From NCBI GenBank assembly GCA_040954595.2, contig CM082592.2, forward strand, positions 2,607,462 to 2,671,461: a DNA stretch of 64,000 nt, written 5' to 3'. This stretch comes from Balanoglossus misakiensis. Taxonomy: Eukaryota; Animalia; Hemichordata. The notes beneath the pieces were generated by a model. That model ran no database searches, was not told the DNA's origin, and saw only the letters and a list, made by a program, of their open reading frames with translations. Shown here one piece after another: positions 58,669-64,000 of the stretch (the first letter of the stretch is position 1; every line of letters begins with the position of its first letter). A program made the translations under genes and the position numbers.

Positions 58669-59379
58669 TAAAACACACTGGGTATGGTGACCAGGCTAAG
58701 CAAATACGGGTTTCACTCACAGAAAAGGCGAGAAGAATTAATTCAACACGTACAATCAACCTCTTTTTCTAAACGACATACATGTACATGTATATAGACT
58801 AGGGGGTAGCCCCCCCCCCCCCCCCTCAGCGCGGCAGAATTTTCACCCCATTCTTTATACATGAAATTGACAAGAAATAACGTTTTTGGTGGGAAAATAA
58901 ATTCTGTTGAAAATAAAGTATTAAGCAGTATTTAATTGTGTACAATGAATTGCACTCACTAACCATGCATGCTAAGAAAATAAGACCCCTTCTTCTGAAA
59001 AGACGGTTTTCTCTGATATCTTCCTCAAGTTTAGGTCTTTGTCAATTGGCGAACTTTAACACACTACTCCTACACAATTCTTGTCAACTTCATCGATTTT
59101 TCTGCCCACTCAGCATTGTTGTTCAGATAACCACTCTGACCTTAGATCAGGCCACTTTTTACAGATAACACACCCACTAACCTGTCCCACCAGGTACCAG
59201 ACTATTTAAGTGCTCCCTAGTTTGGCCATATTTCATATTATTTACAAGTCACATGCCCTGTTTAACCAATCAGTTGCAAGAAGCCACCCATGACAGTTTT
59301 GCTAACACCATGATAAAGAGCTCTATCACTAACTGTTCCTCATTTGGTCCAGATCTGTGAGCAAGCTAACACATACAGA

Positions 59380-61590
59380 ATGGCGACTGCAGGCACCGAA
59401 GGGAAAATCCTGAAGGAAATCAGTGAAGATTTCCTGTGCTGTACCATCTGCCTGGAGCTGTATACAACTCCTAAAATTCTACCATGTCTGCATACCTTCT
59501 GTCAGCAGTGTCTGGTCACTCTGGTTGCAAAGACAGGATCTCTCACCTGTCCAGAATGTCGACAGAAATTTCAGATTCCTGTTGGACAAGTGCCAAGTTT
59601 GAAGGGAAATTTCTTCATGGCCAGCCTTGTCGACAACTTCAAGCGACGGATGGAGTCCGTGCGTGCACCTGCTGAGGTCAAGTTCAAGTGTGAAGCTTGC
59701 CAAGAGAATACAGCCACTCACAGGTGTGTGGAATGCAAACATTATCTCTGTAACAGCTGTGTTCAGGTCCATAGCAATCTGTCGAAAACCCACAGACTTT
59801 TGACCATTGAAGAGTTCGAAACAACAAAGTCAAGCAGTCCGGTGACATTGCAAGCAGTAGAATATTGCAGTGTCCACACCAAGAATGAAATTGAATTCTA
59901 CTGTGACACCTGTCAGGTTCCTGTCTGTACAAACTGTACAATAGATAAACACCGCATACCAGAACATGTGTACAGAGACTTGAAAGACGCAGCAGACGAG
60001 TATCTGAGAGACTTGGCAGCCATGGTTGACAAACTGAAAGTGAAAGAACAGGAAGCTGAAAAGAACAAAAGCCTGGCCAAGCAGATACACAGTGATCTCA
60101 CAGAGCAGCGCAAGAGAGAAGAAAGGAAGGTGACAATGAAAGCAGAAGAAGAAATCAACCGAATAAAGAGAGAAGAGCAAAGACTTGTGGATGAGCTGAA
60201 CAACATCTACAAAATGAAACTAAAAACAGCGGCTGTGTGCATTGACGAGTTGGAATTAAAGCATGGAAACATTAAGAATGCCTGCAGTTACGTTGAAACA
60301 CTGATGCATCATGGGCATGCAGCTCAGCTGTTGTCTACAAAGGGTGACGCAGAGCATCGCATCAAGCAACTGATTACCATGGAAACAAAACCACAGGCAC
60401 GTAGTGAGGAAGTTGTATTCCAACCAAGTGTTGACTTCAATGAGCAGGGAATTCTGGGACTACTGACATCTGATGTCTGTATTTCAAAGTGTACCGTCGA
60501 AAACGTTCCCAAACAACTCCTGAAAGGTGACTCTGCAGATCTACTGATCACAACCAGAGATTCCACCGGAAAGCAAGTCGCCCCAACACAACCGGTGAAA
60601 GCCAAGCTGAGAAAACCTGATGCATCGTGGGAAGACCTGAAAGTATCGGATAACAGAGACGGGACGCACAGACTGACAGTGGATGGAAAACAGGATGGTA
60701 AATATCAGGTTGCCGTGACAATTGGGGATCAACCGGTACCAGGCTCTCCTGTCAGCATACCTGTCATCAAAGGATTGGTTCAAAGCATTGGCTGTGAAGG
60801 GAGTGCTGAGGGACAGTATGACCGGCCCTTGAGTGTGGCCTTAAACAAAGACAAAGACATTGTCACAGCTGACACAGACAATAACAGACTGCAAATCACC
60901 ACCAGACAGGGCAGAGTGAAGAAAATCTTGAAATTTACACAATTTGAGAAACCCTTCAGACCATTGGACGTATCTGTATCAAGTGACAATACACACTATA
61001 GTTTAGATAACAAAAATAAGCAAGTAGTTGTTAGTGATGAGAATGGACGTGTCATCAGATGCTTTGGACAGAATGAGCTGAAGGATCCACAGGGGATATC
61101 TATCTGCCCTGTCAGTGGTAATGTATATGTGACAGACCAGGCTGGGGCATGTGTCTTGATTTACTCACAGCATGGCAAGTACATCAGGTCATTTGGGTCA
61201 TTTGGTAAAGGTCAGGGGAAATTCATGAATGTCTGGGGGATAGAAGTGGCAAGTAATGGGATGGTGTTTGTAGCAGACTACGGCAACAAGCGTGTCCAGG
61301 TCTTCAATTCAGATGACAAGTATCTGTATTCCTTTGGTTGTCAGAGCGGGGATGGGGAGCTGAGATCGGCCAGGGGAATAACCACTGAGAATGATAAGTA
61401 TGTGTATGTTAGTACAGACATTCCCAGCAGCATTCTGAAGTTTGAGATTGGTGGCAAGTTTGTTTGTCGCATTGATTGTGATGGGGACAAGCTGAACCGC
61501 CCCACTGGTATGGCACTGACAGATGATGTGCCTTGCAGGGTGATTGTAGCTGATTATGGCAACCACTGCATCAAAGTGTTTGTACAGTAA
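59380..61590 (+). CDS. TRIM-NHL E3 ubiquitin ligase (TRIM2/TRIM3/TRIM71-like): RING, two B-boxes, coiled coil, filamin, NHL repeats; 736 aa, intronless CDS
   Basis: Single ORF from ATG 59380 (MATAGTEGK...). RING CTICLE..LPCLHTFCQQC..CPEC; B-box1 CEAC..CVECKHYLCNSCVQVH; B-box2 CSVH..FYCDTCQVPVCTNC..H; filamin DNRDGTH..PVPGSP; NHL repeats VADYGNKRVQVF and VADYGNHCIKVF. Confidence 0.95.
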   Translation: MATAGTEGKILKEISEDFLCCTICLELYTTPKILPCLHTFCQQCLVTLVAKTGSLTCPECRQKFQIPVGQVPSLKGNFFMASLVDNFKRRMESVRAPAEVKFKCEACQENTATHRCVECKHYLCNSCVQVHSNLSKTHRLLTIEEFETTKSSSPVTLQAVEYCSVHTKNEIEFYCDTCQVPVCTNCTIDKHRIPEHVYRDLKDAADEYLRDLAAMVDKLKVKEQEAEKNKSLAKQIHSDLTEQRKREERKVTMKAEEEINRIKREEQRLVDELNNIYKMKLKTAAVCIDELELKHGNIKNACSYVETLMHHGHAAQLLSTKGDAEHRIKQLITMETKPQARSEEVVFQPSVDFNEQGILGLLTSDVCISKCTVENVPKQLLKGDSADLLITTRDSTGKQVAPTQPVKAKLRKPDASWEDLKVSDNRDGTHRLTVDGKQDGKYQVAVTIGDQPVPGSPVSIPVIKGLVQSIGCEGSAEGQYDRPLSVALNKDKDIVTADTDNNRLQITTRQGRVKKILKFTQFEKPFRPLDVSVSSDNTHYSLDNKNKQVVVSDENGRVIRCFGQNELKDPQGISICPVSGNVYVTDQAGACVLIYSQHGKYIRSFGSFGKGQGKFMNVWGIEVASNGMVFVADYGNKRVQVFNSDDKYLYSFGCQSGDGELRSARGITTENDKYVYVSTDIPSSILKFEIGGKFVCRIDCDGDKLNRPTGMALTDDVPCRVIVADYGNHCIKVFVQ

Positions 61591-63417
61591 CACTAAAACA
61601 TCCAATGAACAAGCCAGGCTATCACAAATTTGTGATTGTAATATTTCATGCCATTAAGTGAGAATTGCCTACAGTTAAATGTAGGTTAATAATTCCCAAT
61701 GTATGAAACGTCAGTAGCATCATGTGTTTGGAGAATTTTTTTCAGAATTTTGATTTCATATTTGGCAAAAGACACTGGATAAATGCATGTGTTAAATTTG
61801 ACCACAGATAGATTTTTTTTTATCTGTAGATATTTGAATATTTGTATTTGCCGTCAGTTACTACGGAAAACAGCAACCGCTGTGACCAAGTCTACATTGC
61901 AAAATGAGTGAACTGTCAAATTTTGCTGAATTATCACTGTATGGTGGATACATTTATTGAAACCTTGACCAGTTTAGACACTCAAATGCAGACGTTTTTT
62001 GAATTTTCGAACAATTTTTTTAGTTCAGACAACACTATCTGAGTCTTATCAGTATGTGGCTCTTAAGTTTCAGCTCAAATATGTTAGCATTAAATAATAT
62101 TCCTTTTTCAATTTGCAAAGTGGACTTATGAAACGGGATGTTTACTTTTTCATGCAGATTCTTTTTAGAATTCCAAAGTTGGTTTATGTACTTGGAAACC
62201 AGGGAATTTTTGAACTTTGAACACAATTAATGTACACTGTTAAATCTGGTTGATTTTATTGAGTGGGATTTTGCTTAAGAATTCAAAGTTTTTATTCAGA
62301 TCAGAGTTCTTTCACATTTCTGTAGTTTGCCTTTTTTTCTGTGATTTGTGTATCAAGTGTTGCATTATTCACATTACCAGATTTGAAATTTAAAAAAGTT
62401 GGATGAATGAATTTTACGTTTCATTGGTGTCCTTCTTTGATCACAAGATCGTTCAGTGAAACTTGTTAATTTAAATACCGTGTTGGAGCGCCACCTAGTG
62501 GCAACACTGGATCTGCAAAAAATGGTCTTAGTAAATGAAAGATAAAACAAAGTCTACTACGTTTGGAGTAAGATAAACTTCAGACAGTAACAAAACTGAT
62601 ATCACATAAAATATTACAAGAAATAAAGTAGTGAAAAGTTGATTTTTTGCAACAGCTGATATTTTTGCTTTTGCTTGAATAGTTAGAAAACCTGAAGCAT
62701 CTTCACTGGATCAGTTGCACCGTTTCGGCATCCCTCTCCCCCCGCTTTGGCATGAGACATTCCACATTACAAAAGGCCTGGAACATCCCATTTTTAGTCC
62801 TAGAGGTTGACAGCTACGAAGGTGTGGACAAAAAAAAGTGTGTCGTTCCCCGGCCCCTACAGTCACTACGTGTTAACGCCATGAAATCCAATCACCTTTT
62901 TATAATAAACAACCAATGAAATAGTGTTCCCAATATTTACGTGTTCAACTCAAACTGTAAAAAAATCCAATCAGAGGACATTAAACAAATAAATCGCACG
63001 CGTAGCTTAAAACATGTTCAAAAAAACAACAACAGCATTTGTTTGATTTATGTAGCTTATTTTCTTCATTTTGAACAATAAATTCATGGTGGCGTACGGG
63101 GTTAGCGAAGTGACAGATGTGACGTGGGCAGGCTTAGTCATGGTATATGGTATTCCGGCGGAGTGCGTGCGTTCGAAACGAGTTTTGTCGCGTTGTTTTT
63201 TTTTCTTTTTTCTTTTTCCTTCTGTCCTACTTAGTAATTTTTCTCTTCTCTCTCACCCTCTTTCCCACCCTTACCCCTTTTCCCGCTACATTCATTGCAG
63301 CTATCCGTCAGTTTTTATAATGTCTGCCCACAGCAAGTTACAACGGGTCAATCGGTTTTCTAATAACAACCGGCCATGGTTAGGTAGGGTATTACCGTTT
63401 AACAACAAGTCTATATA

Positions 63418-64000
63418 GTATTATTACACCTCACGTATTATACCATATTCGTGATTGGCTGAGACGCGCTCACGTGATATAGAAAAAAAAGTGATATAAC
63501 ATGGCTAGAGTTGATAAAGCCCTGTCGCGTGCTCTGATATTGCCCGCTGGGTTGTTTTGGTGTTCTGCGCGCGACTTCTGCGCGTTCCAAACTGTCGTTC
63601 AATGGCTTCCTTCACGATCAGTCAACTCCCGCATATATGGCTTCAAAGCGACACATAGGCTTAACACCTGTTCAACTGGACGATATTTTACCACAAACGG
63701 ACAGTAAATACAACAAAATCGCAACCAACAGTGCAGTATTTTCAAAATAATCTAAGTTCGAAGTAGGTATCGTATAATTCTTGGGAGATCGAGACATTTT
63801 ACATTCTCAGCAACGTACGACATATGGGCGCGCGTCTACGTTCTTCTATGCCTGCCTTGTATGTACGTTCAAATGTTCGGCGTAATAAAATTAATAACAC
63901 ATGATGCTCGGGCAACATCACGATTTGAAGCCTGCTCTCGGGCTGGTGATCTCTGACCACAATATTGATGATACCCTCGCCTGCGGCTCGGGTGTCATCA
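63418..64000. mobile_element. Probable hairpin-bearing non-autonomous repeat, truncated by the window end
   Basis: CpG-rich block ending in a stem-loop (tgatgataccctcgcctgcggctcgggtgtcatca), similar in style to the hairpin elements at 2357-2631 and 16681-17205. No second copy in the window. Confidence 0.35.

Noticed and set aside
59479-61605. Several antisense or alternative-frame ORFs over the TRIM gene
   Set aside because: Shadows of the long + strand CDS with no independent motifs.

Overview
Animal genomic DNA (AT-rich, GT-AG introns, MITE-rich). The TRIM and repeat content suggest an invertebrate deuterostome, which is an inference. Four genes were reconstructed by hand from splice sites and intron phases. 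(1) + strand, 3249-~27.6 kb: a secreted cysteine-rich protein of ~1,150 aa from ~39 short exons (signal peptide, 10 six-Cys pacifastin/VWF-E-like modules, 3 WAP, 15 EGF). It was built by nested tandem duplication and contains GA-purine tracts, dead exons and TE insertions with matching empty sites. (2) - strand, 29773-35640: a 14-exon, ~570 aa IRAK/Pelle-type kinase with no death domain, an N-terminal RHIM-like motif between acidic tracts, and a C-terminal RING-like finger. (3) - strand, ~38532-57741: a 26-exon, ~1,126 aa TRPM-family channel with two ZZ zinc fingers inserted inside its N-terminal SLOG/MHR1-2 region and a degenerate S2-S3 Ca2+ site. (4) + strand, 59380-61590: an intronless TRIM-NHL E3 ligase, head-to-head with the channel. 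The best candidates for novelty are the ZZ-TRPM channel and the RHIM-kinase-RING gene. A latent in-frame splice could join them into a channel-kinase, and the four genes together may be an innate-immune or cell-death locus. All gene models are manual and lack transcript support.
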